The position numbers and the translations under genes were made by a program. The notes under the pieces were generated by a model. That model made no database searches and had not been told where the DNA came from. It saw only the letters and a program-made list of their open reading frames with translations. Below are positions 1 to 12,440 of a stretch of DNA of 64,000 nucleotides, piece by piece (within the stretch, counting starts at the first letter, position 1; each line of letters opens with the position of its first letter). This stretch comes from Octopus vulgaris (taxonomy: Eukaryota): positions 138,756,001 through 138,820,000 of the forward strand of contig OX597814.1 of assembly GCA_951406725.2 (NCBI GenBank), given 5' to 3'.

Positions 1-61
1 GTATGTATGTGTTTTCTATTACCTTTTTTCTTCCCATACCAGTATTTCTTCATTTCTCTTA

Positions 62-236
62 AGGCAGTGAGCTGGGAGAACGGCTAGCACGCCGGGCAAA
101 ATAGTTCGTCTTAACGTCCTGACTTCAAGTTCCGCCGAAGACGATTTTGCCTTTCATCTTTTTGGAGTTGATAAAATAAGTACCAGTTGAGCACTGGAGT
201 CAATAAAGTCGACTTGCTCCCACCCGAACTTGCTGG
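62..236 (+). mobile_element. tRNA-derived SINE, Meta-domain-like family (decayed monomer)
   Basis: Head AAGGCAGTGAGCTGG..., B-box-like GACTTCAAGTTCC, core GCCTTTCATC...GATAAAATAAGTACCAG shared with about 20 copies in the window. Confidence 0.75.
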
Positions 237-472
237 TAATGAAACCAATATTTCTTTATTTCTCTACATCAACTTCTTTTCCTTGGTCCTGATATTCTCT
301 CTCCCTACCTACTTACAGAAACATAATCGATAGCATATGCTTCTTTCCTCTCTTAATACCACTGACTACTTTTTTCCATTTTCTATCGGCCCTCATAATT
401 TTTCTATTCTGGATTCAATTTAATTCGGAATTTCTTTTTGTCATATAATGGAATATCATATGCCTTTCGCTA

Positions 473-526
<54 letters not shown>

Positions 527-1273
527 CTTATCTTCCCAGCTTTTTAAATATTTCCCTAAAGAATGTTATTCAAATTGTTATAAAATAATAGCCTACTTTG
601 CATATTTTTCTTAGTGTCAATATTTTTAAAAAGATTGCTATTCATAATAGATTTCAGTTTCTTAAATCTACGAAAGTAAGTTAACGGCATGAAGTTATAA
701 TACATTGATAAAGTATTAACCAAAATAGGCATGAAGAATTTCGTATGATAAACGACCATATATTATATGGATATAGCTAGATTCTACACAAGTCAAAATT
801 TAAAATAAGTTATGATATATACATATATATGTATATATATATATATATATATGTATGTAGGTATGCATGTATGTATGTATGCATTTATGTATGTATGTAT
901 GTATGTATGTGTGTGATTACGGGAAAATCGAATGTTAAATGATATGGAAAGAAATGATAACAATGAATAAAACTTCCAAGAATTTAAAAAATTAATTCTC
1001 CAAATATATATTGTGACCCGGACTTACTTCATTCAATCTAATCCGCCAAAATATTCTTATATAAATACAATGGCTAAGAAAGATACAGTGTTTCCGAGTC
1101 TACAAGAAAAATATATTTTAATATTTTGTGGATGGGAAAAAAAGGCTTGTTCAATGTAATGCGAGGGTGAAAATCAATATAAAATTTTCAGATTATAAAG
1201 CGAAAAAATTGTCTGCTTCCTTTCAACAGGACATTAACTACAAGGGCAAAGAATGTGCAGCCAGGCGTTTACT

Positions 1274-1304
<31 letters not shown>

Positions 1305-2206
1305 CGTATATGTGTGTGTGTCTGTGTCTGTGTGTGTGTGGGGGGTTACGTGTATGTGTGAAAAAGTATTGTATGTCCTTTCATTATACTGAAAAGTTAT
1401 TCATAATGAAAATACAATTTTAAGCAAGAAAAAATGATATAAACCACCAATGTAATTTGCATATTTTTTGAAGAGAGATAATTTCGGTGCGAAACCCGAT
1501 TCGTGTAGAGGCGTAGAGAGTTCGATCTGAAGATGTCATTTCCTTTTGGCGATCTTTTCAACAACTGGTTTATTTAAACGAGAAAGCGCTTATTTGTCAA
1601 CTTGCGCTTGCTCAGCCTGAAAGGTAGAATAAATTCAGCGGGAAAAATATCTTAGAAACCATGTTTCTAGCTGATGGCACGGCTCTTTTGCTGCCTTTTC
1701 TTAGAGGTGCAAACAATAATTCCCTATAAGTATTTCTAGAATTTAAAGATTTTTATGAATTGGCTTCAAATTTTGGCTCAAGGTCATCGATTTCGGGTTG
1801 GAGGTAATTCAGTTATATCAACCCCAATGTTCAACCTGTACTTATTTGGTTCATCTAATTAACACATTCAATACATGATTGTTGGTCACGAGGGGCGTGC
1901 GCGCACGTATGTAGTGTGTGTGTGTATGTGTGTGTGTGTGTGTGTACATGTGTGGAACTCCGAAGTTCTGAGGTCGATTTAATCGTCTAAACCTCTCTAC
2001 CTAAATATGAGATTTATTGTGCAGATGTGAGATATCACGGTTGATAAATCCACATACAATACTCCTCGTGGTATTTAGTATTTCTATCGCTTACGTTCAG
2101 CCTCAAATTTGCCTTTCAAGCATCCTGCGTTAATCATAAATGTAATGGTTGTATACTAGTGTCGTTATGATCCGATGTGTTTTCCACTAATATTCTTATT
2201 CTTTTA

Positions 2207-2606
2207 AGGCGGCGAACTGGCAGAAACGTTAGCACGCCGGGCAAAATGCGTAGCCGTATTTCGTCTGCCGTTATGTTCTGAGTTCAAATTCCGCCGAGAT
2301 CGACTTTGCCTTTCATCCTTTCGGGGTCGATTAAATAAGTACCAGTTACGCTCTGGAGTCGATATAACCGACTTAATCCGTTTGTCTGTCCTTGTTTGTC
2401 CCATCTTTGTATAGCGCCTTGTGGGCAGTAAAGAAATAGGTATTTTATTTGTCTTTACGTTCTGAGTTCAAATTCCGTCGAGGTCAACTTTGCCTTTCAT
2501 CCTTTCGGGGTCGATAAATTAAGTACCAGTAGCGTACTGGGGTCGATCTAATCGACTAGCCCCCTCACCCAAAATTTCGTGCCTTGTGCCTATCATAGAA
2601 AAGATT
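2207..2606 (+). mobile_element. Meta-domain-like SINE, dimeric form
   Basis: Head AAGGCGGCGAACTGGCAGAAACGTTAGC; core GCCTTTCATCCTTTCGGGGTCGAT at 2308 and again at 2492 (184-bp period). Confidence 0.85.
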
Positions 2607-3629
2607 GTTCATATTCTTTTGTTTATATTACAAATCAATACCGATAGCACTCAAGTTAATTTTTGCGGTTTGATGACAGTCGAAGAGTTTACTTTCTCAA
2701 GTTTCCATGGTACGTTTCTATAAATATGGACGGTGGCAGTAATCTTGTGGGGGAGTTCAATGGTAAAGAGAAACGAAAGCAAGATGAGATAAACCTTTTC
2801 AAAATTGATATCCTGTCCGAGGAAATTCAGTGAATGACAAACTCAGCGGAGTACCAGATACAAACCACCCTATGAGATTTTAGTTATTCCTATTTGCGTT
2901 CAGAATTCAAATTCTTCCTTACGTATTTGCGTGGCAGATGAAATATTTACTCGTTATGTACTGAGAAAGTTTCAATCACTACTCCAGAGCGAAACTTGTT
3001 GCTTTGATAAAGTCGGTAGAGCATCGGACAAACTTGCAGTATTTTTTCTGGCTTTTTAAGTTCAAAGTTCAAACCTCATTGAAGTCAATATTTTCATTAA
3101 TCATTTTTAAATGATGTGTTTACATCGTTGTAAATTGGCGGTTCGTTAAAAAGAAACCGACAGTATAAATGTTGAATTTAAAGTAAATAGTCAAGTCGAT
3201 TCTTACCACAAAACTATTGAAAGCCATGCCTCAGCATGGCTGTAGTTTAAAAACCGAAACAAGTAAAACAAAAATATCTTATTTCTAGTTATGTATACAA
3301 AGCCCATACTACGATAGAAATGCGATCCTTAGATCAATGTTTCAGTTCACAGATAACGTTGCATTGCACCAAACAAACACAACTCAAATATACGCAGATT
3401 TTAGGTTTTGAATAGAACAATACAAAGAATGGGAAATGATGATGACGACGATGACGACAACGACGACAGTTAAGAACGGCAATAGAAATAAAGAGGTTGA
3501 TTAAACGATAAAGACATCAACGAAGAAGAAGATAATAATAATGGAAACTACGATAAAGATATCAACGTTAAAGATCATAGCGACGACGATGAAGAGGGAG
3601 ACAAAACAACTGAACAGATGAAAGGTAAT

Positions 3630-3724
3630 GTTGAGTTCCGTGGAATTTGAGCTCAGAACGTGAAGACGACCGAAATGCAGCTCAGCATTTTACCCGGCGT
3701 GCTAACGATTCCGTCGGTTCGCCG
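3630..3724 (-). mobile_element. Meta-like SINE 5' fragment
   Basis: Reverse complement matches the family head (GGCGAACC..GAATCGTTAGCACGCCGGG...TTCTGAGCTCAAATTCC). Confidence 0.65.
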
Positions 3725-3740
3725 AATAATAGAATAGAGA

Positions 3741-4063
3741 AGGAACCCCTTTGGTCATGAAACACCATGGGATTGAACCTAGAAAGTTTCCTTCTGAGGC
3801 ACAAGCCCTGAAAGATTGTTCATGGAAGACCAGCATTCGCCAACACATACCAGCCTCCTCTCTCCACGCCACCATTGTTATCTAAGGGAAAGGTAAAGGT
3901 CAGTATAGTTTGGCACCAGTGACGTCACTACTCATTTCTACAGCTGGGTGAACTGGAGCATCCCGAAATAAAGTGGCTTGCTCAAGAAAATTAAACACAG
4001 CCCGGTCCGGGAATCGAACTCACAACCTCATAATTGCGAGCACGACACTCTAACCACTGAGCC
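3741..4063 (-). mobile_element. tRNA-derived CORE-like SINE
   Basis: Minus strand: GGCTCAGTGGTTAGAG (A box), GAGTTCGATTCCC (B box), CORE-like CTTGAGCAAGCCACTTTATTTC...CTCCAGTTCACCCAGCTG, then a tail. Confidence 0.75.
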
Positions 4064-4618
4064 AAAATTAACAATAAGAAAAAAAAGTAATAGAATTATG
4101 CGATCCCAGAATCAATGTGTTCGGATACAATGGTATATATTCTCTCATGTACAACGTTTAAAATATCAATAACTACTTAGATTTTCCGGTTGTGAATGTA
4201 AAGCTCATATTACAACAGGATTCAGTCCTTAGATCAAGGTCATAATGCATTGATCTAAGGATGTACCCCGCATGATTCACGCGAAGGAAACCCGTACTTA
4301 ATAACGTTACCACAACAACAATAATCCAATGTTAGAATGTGTCAATGCACTCAATCACTCGTTCATTCATTCACTCACTCACCTTGATCTCAACCAAAGC
4401 TTCCAATAATATAATTATGTTTATTGATCGAACCACAAACATTGTTGTTTGTTATGCTCTCACTCAACAGGTTATAAATCCCTAATTATTTTAACACACG
4501 ATTAGGTATTCATATTACTTTACAGAAATAATTCACTAACATTTACTTACATTCTCTCCAAATACAAATTTCTTAATGTATCAAAATATTGCTGTTGTTT
4601 TTGTTGTAGTAGTTGTTG

Positions 4619-4657
<39 letters not shown>

Positions 4658-4696
4658 GTAGTAGTAGTAGTAGTAGCAGTAGTAGTAGTAGTAGTA

Positions 4697-4910
4697 AGGC
4701 GGCGAGCTGGCAGAATCGTTAGCACGCTGGGCAAAGTACTTAGCGGCATTTCGTCCGTCTTTACGTTCTGAGTTCAAAATCCGCCGAGGTCGACTTTGCC
4801 TTTCATCCTTTCGGGTTCGATAAATTAAGTACCAGTGAAACACTGCGGGTTGATGTAATCGACTAATCCCCTCCCCACAAATTTCAGGCCTTTACCCTAT
4901 AGTAGAAAGG
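4697..4910 (+). mobile_element. Meta-like SINE monomer, near intact
   Basis: Complete head, core and tail ending AGTAGAAAGG(ATT)n; flanked by (TAG)n and (TTA)n. Confidence 0.85.
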
Positions 4911-4928
4911 ATTATTATTATTATTATT

Positions 4929-5477
4929 GAGCGAGAGAGCAGTTCATGCCATCAAAGTGACACTGGGGTAAAATATACGAAGCCCAATATACCCATCATG
5001 ACTACCCGTCTGATAAGGGTACACCAGGCACATGCATCACAACCATATGTGCGCGACATGGTGATCTCATATCAAGATAAACAGCACATGACCTTGCAGG
5101 TGGGGCCCAGTTAGAAATTTTTTCAGGTTGAGTAGCCCATCCCGCTCAAACGGTCCCTGAATAAGGGTTGTTTAAGGATGTTGAAAGAACCGCCCATGTT
5201 TCCAGAGGTGAATTATTCAAACCCCAAAGAATCCCTCTCAACACATAGCTATGATGCTCCCCCACTACTTCTTCTCGTGATCAGAGATGCACATATCGTC
5301 AGCCACTAAGGGACATGCTCAACTGATTATGGTCAAACAACTGACAAGCAAATCTGTGGTATTGAGCAGAATATTTGCTGTAGCCCATCTTTTATACCAA
5401 GACAAAACAATGTACATGATAACACTTCCAATCAGTTAAGATCAGAAGCCATGAGAGCCACTGCCTGGTACTGCATC
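4929..5477. repeat. Unclassified ~550-bp interspersed repeat, copy 1
   Basis: Colinear with 5521-6060 over its whole length; flanked by (TTA)n; no credible ORF. Confidence 0.85.
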
Positions 5478-5520
5478 TATTATTATTATTATTATTATTA
5501 TTATTATCATTATTATTACT

Positions 5521-6060
5521 CAGTGAGAGAGCAGTGCATGCCATCAAAGTTACACTGGGGTAAAATATACGAAGCCCAGTATACCCATCATGACTACCCG
5601 TCTGATAAGGATACACTAGGCACATGCATCACAACCATATGTGCGCGACATGGTGATCTCATATGAAGATTAATGGCGCATGACCTTGCAGGTGGGGTCC
5701 AGTTGGAATTTTCTTCTGGTTGAGTAGCCCATCCCGCTCAAAAGGTCCCTGAATAAGGATTGTTTTAGGGCTGTTGAACGAAACACCCATGTTTCCAAAG
5801 GCGAATTATCCAAACCCCAAAGAATTCCTCTCAACGCATGGCTATGATACTCCCCCACAACTTCTACTAGTTATCAGAGATGCACATATCGTCAGCCACT
5901 AAAGAACATGCTAAAGCGATTATGGTCAAACAACTGACAAGCAAATCTGTGGCACTGAGTAGAATATTTGCTGTTGCCGAGACAAAACTTACATGATAGC
6001 ACTTCCAATCAGTTAAGATCAGAAACCATGAGAGTCACTGCCTTGCTCTACATCAGGGCA
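5521..6060. repeat. Unclassified ~550-bp interspersed repeat, copy 2
   Basis: Diverged direct copy of 4929-5477 with substitutions and a short deletion near 5975. Confidence 0.85.
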
Positions 6061-6098
6061 TATATCATTATTATCATTGTTGTTGTTGTTGTTGTTGA

Positions 6099-6975
6099 TG
6101 TTACCTTTGCACAGCTTCTAACGCTGGAGATGTACTACAGTGTCAGCTGTTTACTACTAGTGAACTAAGGTCAAACCTCTTATTTTTCGAGCACCTTCCG
6201 GAGTATTCGAGCGGTTCCAACCAGTGCTGGTTTCTGCAAGTGCTCCACCCTTATTGCAACCCCTATTTGTTCCACATACTTCTCGAGATTTTTGCTCACT
6301 GTTCCGAGGGCTCCAACAATTATTGATACTACTGCTACCTTTTTCATCGACCACAACTGCTTAACTTCCCAAGCTAACCTGTCATATTTCTCGACTTTTC
6401 TTTCTTCCTTATCGCATACCTTATTTTCAGCTGGGCATGCTATATCTATGATCCAGCATAATTTGTTTTCTTTCTCAATTAAAACTATGTCCGGCTTCCT
6501 ATTCTCTATCTCATGGTCGCACAGAATTATAAAATTCTATAGGATCTTTGCATTTCTATTTTCGACGATGCCTACAGGTTTGTGGTCGTACAAATTCTTT
6601 GCACTGTCAAGTCCATACTTATTTCAAAGTGTCCAATGGACAAGCCTGGCTATATTGTCGTGGCGTCTCTTATGTTCCTTCTTGGCTAGAGGCGTACATT
6701 GGCTGGTAATATGCCTTACGATTTCACCGTTTTGTTCACAGATTCTACACTTGTCACTTTCTGATGTGTTGTCTATTCTGTATTTTATGTAATTTGTTCT
6801 TAGTGCTTGTTCTTGGGTAGCACAGATTAGAGCCTCCGTTTCCGGTTTTAAATCAGTTTTAGTAATCCACAGCTATTTTTTTCTCTGTCTGTCTTATGTT
6901 CAACATCCTTATGAAATTAATCATGCATTCTTTTCTTTACCCACCTATTTTCAGTTTCATTCGTTTTCAATTTCT
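6099..6975 (-). mobile_element. 5'-truncated R4/Dong-like non-LTR retrotransposon (zinc knuckle plus restriction-like endonuclease), pseudogenised
   Basis: Manual minus-strand translation: DLKPETEALICATQEQALRTN..KCRICEQNGEIVRHITSQC..RRHDNIA..RKPDIVLI..IIDIACP..KVEKY..IIVGALG..GTARILRKVLEK*. CCHC, RHD and PD-(D/E)xP motifs present; in-frame stops; 3' UTR ends in (AAC/AAT)n. Confidence 0.9.
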
Positions 6976-7368
6976 CTTATTCCCCTCCCCCCACTTCCTT
7001 TTAAAACAACCCTAATGTTGTTGTTCAGCCTCTCATTAGCTTCGGCTCCCTTCATGCCAACCTTTACTCACAGGTTTTCACTCTATGCCTACAATATGTC
7101 CTTCGGCTGGGACTACATTATATTGTGTGTCTACTATTTTCAAACAATCGGTTTTGATCCGAAAGAAACTTTAGCTTCTATTTCTAGTAAGTCACGCGAT
7201 TTCATCAACTCGTTTGAACTTGCAGTGTGCAAGGGATAAAACGGGCGTTTAAAGTTTGCGTATGGAGATCACAACGCATGATAAGCGCCACTTGTCTCAT
7301 AGATTAAGTATAACAAAGTTACATTTCCACCACTATTTTCTCATTTATACATTTTCATCGGTTAATCT

Positions 7369-7411
<43 letters not shown>

Positions 7412-7647
7412 AATAAATATACTGATTAATGACCTAGGTGGTAATGGACGCTGTTATTATTGGGACAATCTGTCTTCTATACAAAACGAAAATGATCTTA
7501 GATGTGGGATAGACTCTGCGTTATAATAGTCCGATTCAATAGATTGCCGGCTTATTAAATGAGCGGTGAACAGTCAAGTTCCCTTAAATGAAGCTGTGTA
7601 ATTAAACCAAGGCACTATATCTATCTACCTATATGTCTATCTCTCTG

Positions 7648-7727
<80 letters not shown>

Positions 7728-7807
7728 GTGGGTGCGCGTGTGTTTGTATGTGTGTGTGCGTGAATTGTCGACAAAATAGGATGTCCAATGGTAGAACATC
7801 TATCATG

Positions 7808-7885
7808 TTTACAAGAGATGTGTGCCCGATTCCTTTACAAGAGATGTGTGCCCGATTCCTTTACAAGAGATGTGTGCCCGATTCC
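7808..7885. repeat. Perfect 3 x 26-bp minisatellite
   Basis: TTTACAAGAGATGTGTGCCCGATTCC three times with no spacers. Confidence 0.95.
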
Positions 7886-8001
7886 TATGGGCAGCCTTCG
7901 ACTTTTTCGATCCAAAAGAGTTTTTCAACTCAATATTTTCATGTCATTACTTGTAGCTCATTGCTTGCTTTGAAATCCATTAGAAAAAAAGAAACATATT
8001 T

Positions 8002-8070
<69 letters not shown>

Positions 8071-8631
8071 AGTGTATGTTCATATTTCGCTATGTTTATA
8101 ACTTGGCTAGTTTTTATGTCACCAGCTGCTGTTGTATATACCTGTTAAGCTTTGCTAAAGTTTTCATATGTATATATTGCCGTTGCATCTACTCAATTTC
8201 TGCTTTATCGCATTTATACAACTCACAGATTAACTCTAAATGTTGTGCATTTTTAGGGCAACTTTACACATATAATTACAGTAATTGAAAAATACAATGT
8301 TTCGGGCGTTTTCGATAAATGGTTTGTATAAATCCACTCAATTCCAGAATTAATCGATTCGTAATGAATCTGCTGAAGGCTAGGCATGTTTGTGAGAGCC
8401 ATCATGTTTTTATTTTCATTTGCCTGAAACAAAGTTCATTGTCCAGGAATAATGAATATATAGAATATAGATATATTATTTGAATGCATTTATAACATGA
8501 GTTGTCTTTGTGATATGTGCTGTTAGCTGTCATTGCATTAATGCAATACACCACCCACAGATGTGCAACATTCTCATTTTGTTTTTTTTACTTACGCATT
8601 CAGATTACATCCTAGTTGCATCCATAAAATA

Positions 8632-9525
8632 CGAGGTGCGTTCAAAAGGTAATGACTTTATTTTTTCCCATTAAAAATAGCGCCACGCATGCAAAATCTT
8701 TTGGGTAGAAGGTGACGCCACCCTTCCTGCTGTAGGTCGCGTCCGTTCCCGGTTGTTACACCGAGAATACAGGCGTGCTGTGCGTGCTTGTTGGATGTTC
8801 GTTTTCATGCAAGATGACCGAACGCATCGAGCAGAGATGCTGCGTTACGTTTTGCCAAAAGGTTGGTGATACTCAAGTTCAAACCATCCAGATCATACAG
8901 CAGGCTTTTAGTTTAGATGCCACGGGCAAAACTCAGATCAAGGAGTAGTACAATAGCTTCAAACATGGCTGCACCTCAGTGGAAAGTGAGGCAAGCTCAG
9001 GCAAGCTATCCACCTGCCGAAATAAAGATCCAGTCGAGAAGGTTCGTCGAATAGTCATGGAAGACCGTGTGTAACAATGCAGGAAGTTACCCATGGAGTT
9101 TGAATACGCACATTCTATTTTAACGAAGGTTTTGTGCATGCAGAGAGTTTCGGCGAAAAATCAAAGTTGTATACTTTTTGAACACACCTCGTAATTCAAG
9201 ATTCCCTGATCAAGAACAACATGCCACTTATTTGACAGACTCCCGACTCTCCTGACTTGGCACCGCGTGACATCTGGCCGCACCCCAAACTGAAAACCAC
9301 GCTTAAGCCGCGAGAGGAAATCATGAGGAAAAGCGGCGATGGCGGGGATCCATAGCATTTCAGAGTAGACGTTCCAGATGTGGTACAAATAGTAACAGAA
9401 CCGCTGGGAGAGGAGTGCGAACTCCCCAAGGAAGTATTTTGGAGGTGATTAGATAACATTTTTGAAATGTACAAAATTATTATTCTTTTTATGCTCAAAA
9501 GCCGGATACTTTTTGAATGTACCTT
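8632..9525 (+). mobile_element. Internally deleted/rearranged mariner transposon
   Basis: TA plus TIR CGAGGTGCGTTCAAAAGG; ORF remnant from 8814 MTERIEQRCCVTFCQKVG..FKHGCTSVESEASSG; C-terminal DSPDLAPRDIW..PKLK; right TIRs ending at 9191 and about 9525. Confidence 0.85.
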
Positions 9526-9854
9526 TATCTATGTATTTCTATTATGGTAAGCTGAGAAAACCATTATAATGTCAAGAAAATGCTGTACTTCATTTGTGTC
9601 GGTTCCCTAAGTTCTGAGTACGAAAAACAACGAAGTCAACGTTTGTCTTTCATTCCTCCGGACGCGTGAAGAGTCGTAGACCACACTCTCGATTCGTTGC
9701 CTTTTGATGGAGTGGTGCGTCCAAGTAGGGGCAGCTAAAGGGAGGCAGTGGCCCTAGCTCTTGGCTGGTACTAATTTACAGCGGAGTGGACTGGAGCAAC
9801 AAAAAATGAAGACCTGCATGATCATGGAATTGAACGCTCGATGTTGTCTTTCAT

Positions 9855-10174
9855 GTTTATATTTTACTTGCTTCAGTCATTAGACTGCAGCTATGCTGGA
9901 GCACCGCCTTGAAGGGATTTTGCTTTAGTCGGACGAAATGACCCCAGTGCTTATTATTCTTTGTGTGAAGCCGGATAGTTATTCTGATAGTTATACTTGA
10001 AAACAACTGTTTTCAAGTAGTTTTGGAGCAAAATACAACGACACACACACCACACGCACACGCGCAACCTCTACTCATACGCATGCACACAGACAGGCAC
10101 ACACACACGCATGCCCCTGCACATACGCATGTACACATACAGGCACACACACAGGCACACACACACACGTACAT

Positions 10175-10223
<49 letters not shown>

Positions 10224-10413
10224 CACACACATATATACATACATATATACGACAAGCTTCTTTCAGTTTCCGTCTACCAAATCTATTTACAGGGCTTTGG
10301 TCGACACGAAGCTATAGTAGAAAACATTGACCAAAGTTTCATGTATTGGCACTGAACCCGGAAGCATGTGGCTGGAAAGCAAGCTTCTTACAACACATCC
10401 ACGCCTGCGTCTA
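9855..10413 (-). mobile_element. CORE-like SINE with internal microsatellite
   Basis: Both halves match the 53374-53787 family and are separated by a (CA)/(TA) tract. Confidence 0.7.
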
Positions 10414-10833
10414 TGACACTTTACTATATAGATGTGTTTGCGCGCGCGTGTGTGTGTGTGTGTATTTCATACATGTGTTTCTGCATTTTATGAACATGAA
10501 GGTCTTGTAGTTAACTGGTTGGGATAACGATTGTTGTTAGATTGTGGGCTAAATTTCTCACAACAAAAGCGCTAACAAACACATACGAAAATATCCTTCC
10601 TAAAGGTTCGAATCAGTCTGCTATTCTAAGAATATTTTAAATAGCTAATAATTTTTAAGAAAACCTTTCTTTAAATATTATATCTGAATGAAGTATTTTG
10701 TACAAAATCTTTTAAATACACACATATTCAATGAAAATGAGTAGTATGAGACGAGAATTCAGAGAATCACACGGCTTTCACAGAAAGCACCTCTCACGGA
10801 CTTGGCTTACAGTCGACACAGTAATCCAGTAGA

Positions 10834-11454
10834 AACAAGAACACTCAGAGAGCGCAAACGTCCGTCAAGGCAATACCAACATCCTCTCAACGATTAGCCA
10901 GAGATGATTTTTAAAATGAGGACACCTGAAATAAACTCGAGTGCTCTCACAAACGAAAATACTAAAAACGAACCCGACCGTTCTCAAAAATTAAGTTAAA
11001 AAACCGGAAAAATAATCCAGAATCCTTGCCCGGTACCTGATCGATCTTAATGATTGCCATGGAATGTGAAGGTGACGGTAGGAAATTTAGTAGCAGTAAT
11101 AAATAGTTTATCCTTATCTAATACAAGCCAACGTTAACAAATTTTCCATTCAAAATAGTTACAGCCTAAAGGGAGATAATTGAGAAAGTCTTGGAAGTTA
11201 ACGTAAGATCATAATCACGTAAAGTAAAATAAATATAACAAATAATCAATAATCCTTGTCCGGTACTGCATCGATCCCAAAATCTAATCAGTTCGTGCCA
11301 GTCACGAGGCCAAATATCCCTGAAAGTTTTATCCGAATCCATCTAGCGGTTCTTGAATTGTCTTGTTCACGGCAAACAAACAAACCAACAAGAAAAAAAC
11401 AAAAAAACAGGACTAAAAACAATACCTCTGCCTTCGCTAAGGTAGAGGTAATAA
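10834..11454 (-). mobile_element. Helentron-associated non-autonomous element (DINE-1/HINE-like)
   Basis: Minus strand: 5' subTIR/IR hairpin ACCTCTACCTT-AGCG-AAGGCAGAGGT, (TTTG)n tract, core, 3' subTIR CCTTGACGGACGTT, stem-loop GCGCTC-TCT-GAGTGT, T-rich ends; internal direct repeat at 11021 and 11251. Confidence 0.7.
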
Positions 11455-12252
11455 ATGTAATATAGAGTGTCTTCGTAACTGAAAATCAGAAAGATCAGAT
11501 TAATGAAATTATTTCATGAGGAGTAAAAAAAAAGCCATAAAGTATGAGAGGTAAATATATATTTCTCTAACCACGTAAATTCCATAGGATAGCGACCGTT
11601 GTACAACTTTTTTCATTATTTCAGTATGGAACAAATGATGCGTATTTATTTACGTTAATATGTATGCTCAGTATTACATAATGCAATTGTATATTTAAAA
11701 ATCAATTCAAATAAAGAAATCTAACTCACCAGATCACCAGAACATCATGGTTACACCAATGCATTAATTAGTGAATATAAAATTATATTTTATAAATCTG
11801 AGCATCATATTAATGCAAACACGTATGCATAACTTCTTGTATACTGAAATTAATACTGCAAGACGAAATCTGCGAAAGAGCTGTAATCCTATGGAAGTCA
11901 CGTGTTTAAATAAATATATATTCACTTCTCGTACTTCCTGAATTTATGGTTACATACATATATACATACTTACATATTTGTTAGAAAATTTTGTACGTTA
12001 TTATTGGAGGAAATAAGTTGTAGTTAAATGTGGACCGCACTTGAGTGTAGTATCTAATCGAGGATGAAGTATTTTCTCAGTGATACATGTAAGCTTAATC
12101 TATGCATTTTCATCTTCAACTTCATTTACCTCATCAAAATAGCAAGGAGCATTTCCTGGAGAATCAATTTTTAAAAACTCATACACACGCACATACGTGA
12201 ACATACACGAGCATACACTTATATATGTCCATGTTATTATCACGCTTTATTT

Positions 12253-12440
12253 AAGGCGGCGAGCTAGCAGAACGTTATCATGCCGGGGAAAATGCTTAGC
12301 AGTATTTCACCCGTCCTTACATTCCGAGTTCAATCTCCGCCGAGATCGACTTTGCTTTTCATCCTTTAATACATTAAATGCCAGTGAAATACTGGCGTCG
12401 ATACAATCGATTAATCTCCTTTAGTAGAAAAGATTATTAC
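12253..12440 (+). mobile_element. Meta-like SINE, decayed
   Basis: AAGGCGGCGAGCTAGCAGAA head; partly deleted core. Confidence 0.7.

Noticed and set aside
2204-2404. Recurrent peptide WYLIYRPRKDERQSRPRRNLNSE in several ORFs
   Set aside because: Antisense translation of the SINE core, not a protein family.
3990-4063. tRNA gene-like A and B boxes (also near 42660, 48800 and 53380)
   Set aside because: No complete cloverleaf; each continues into a SINE body.
5260-5310. CTGACGA on the minus strand of the 550-bp element
   Set aside because: No properly placed GAAA or stems in either copy; not a hammerhead.
6292-6792. 166-aa plus-strand ORF
   Set aside because: Antisense shadow of the minus-strand R4/Dong-like coding remnant.
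7808-7885. CRISPR-like 26-bp repeats
   Set aside because: Head-to-tail with no spacers, no cas genes, eukaryotic context; a simple minisatellite.
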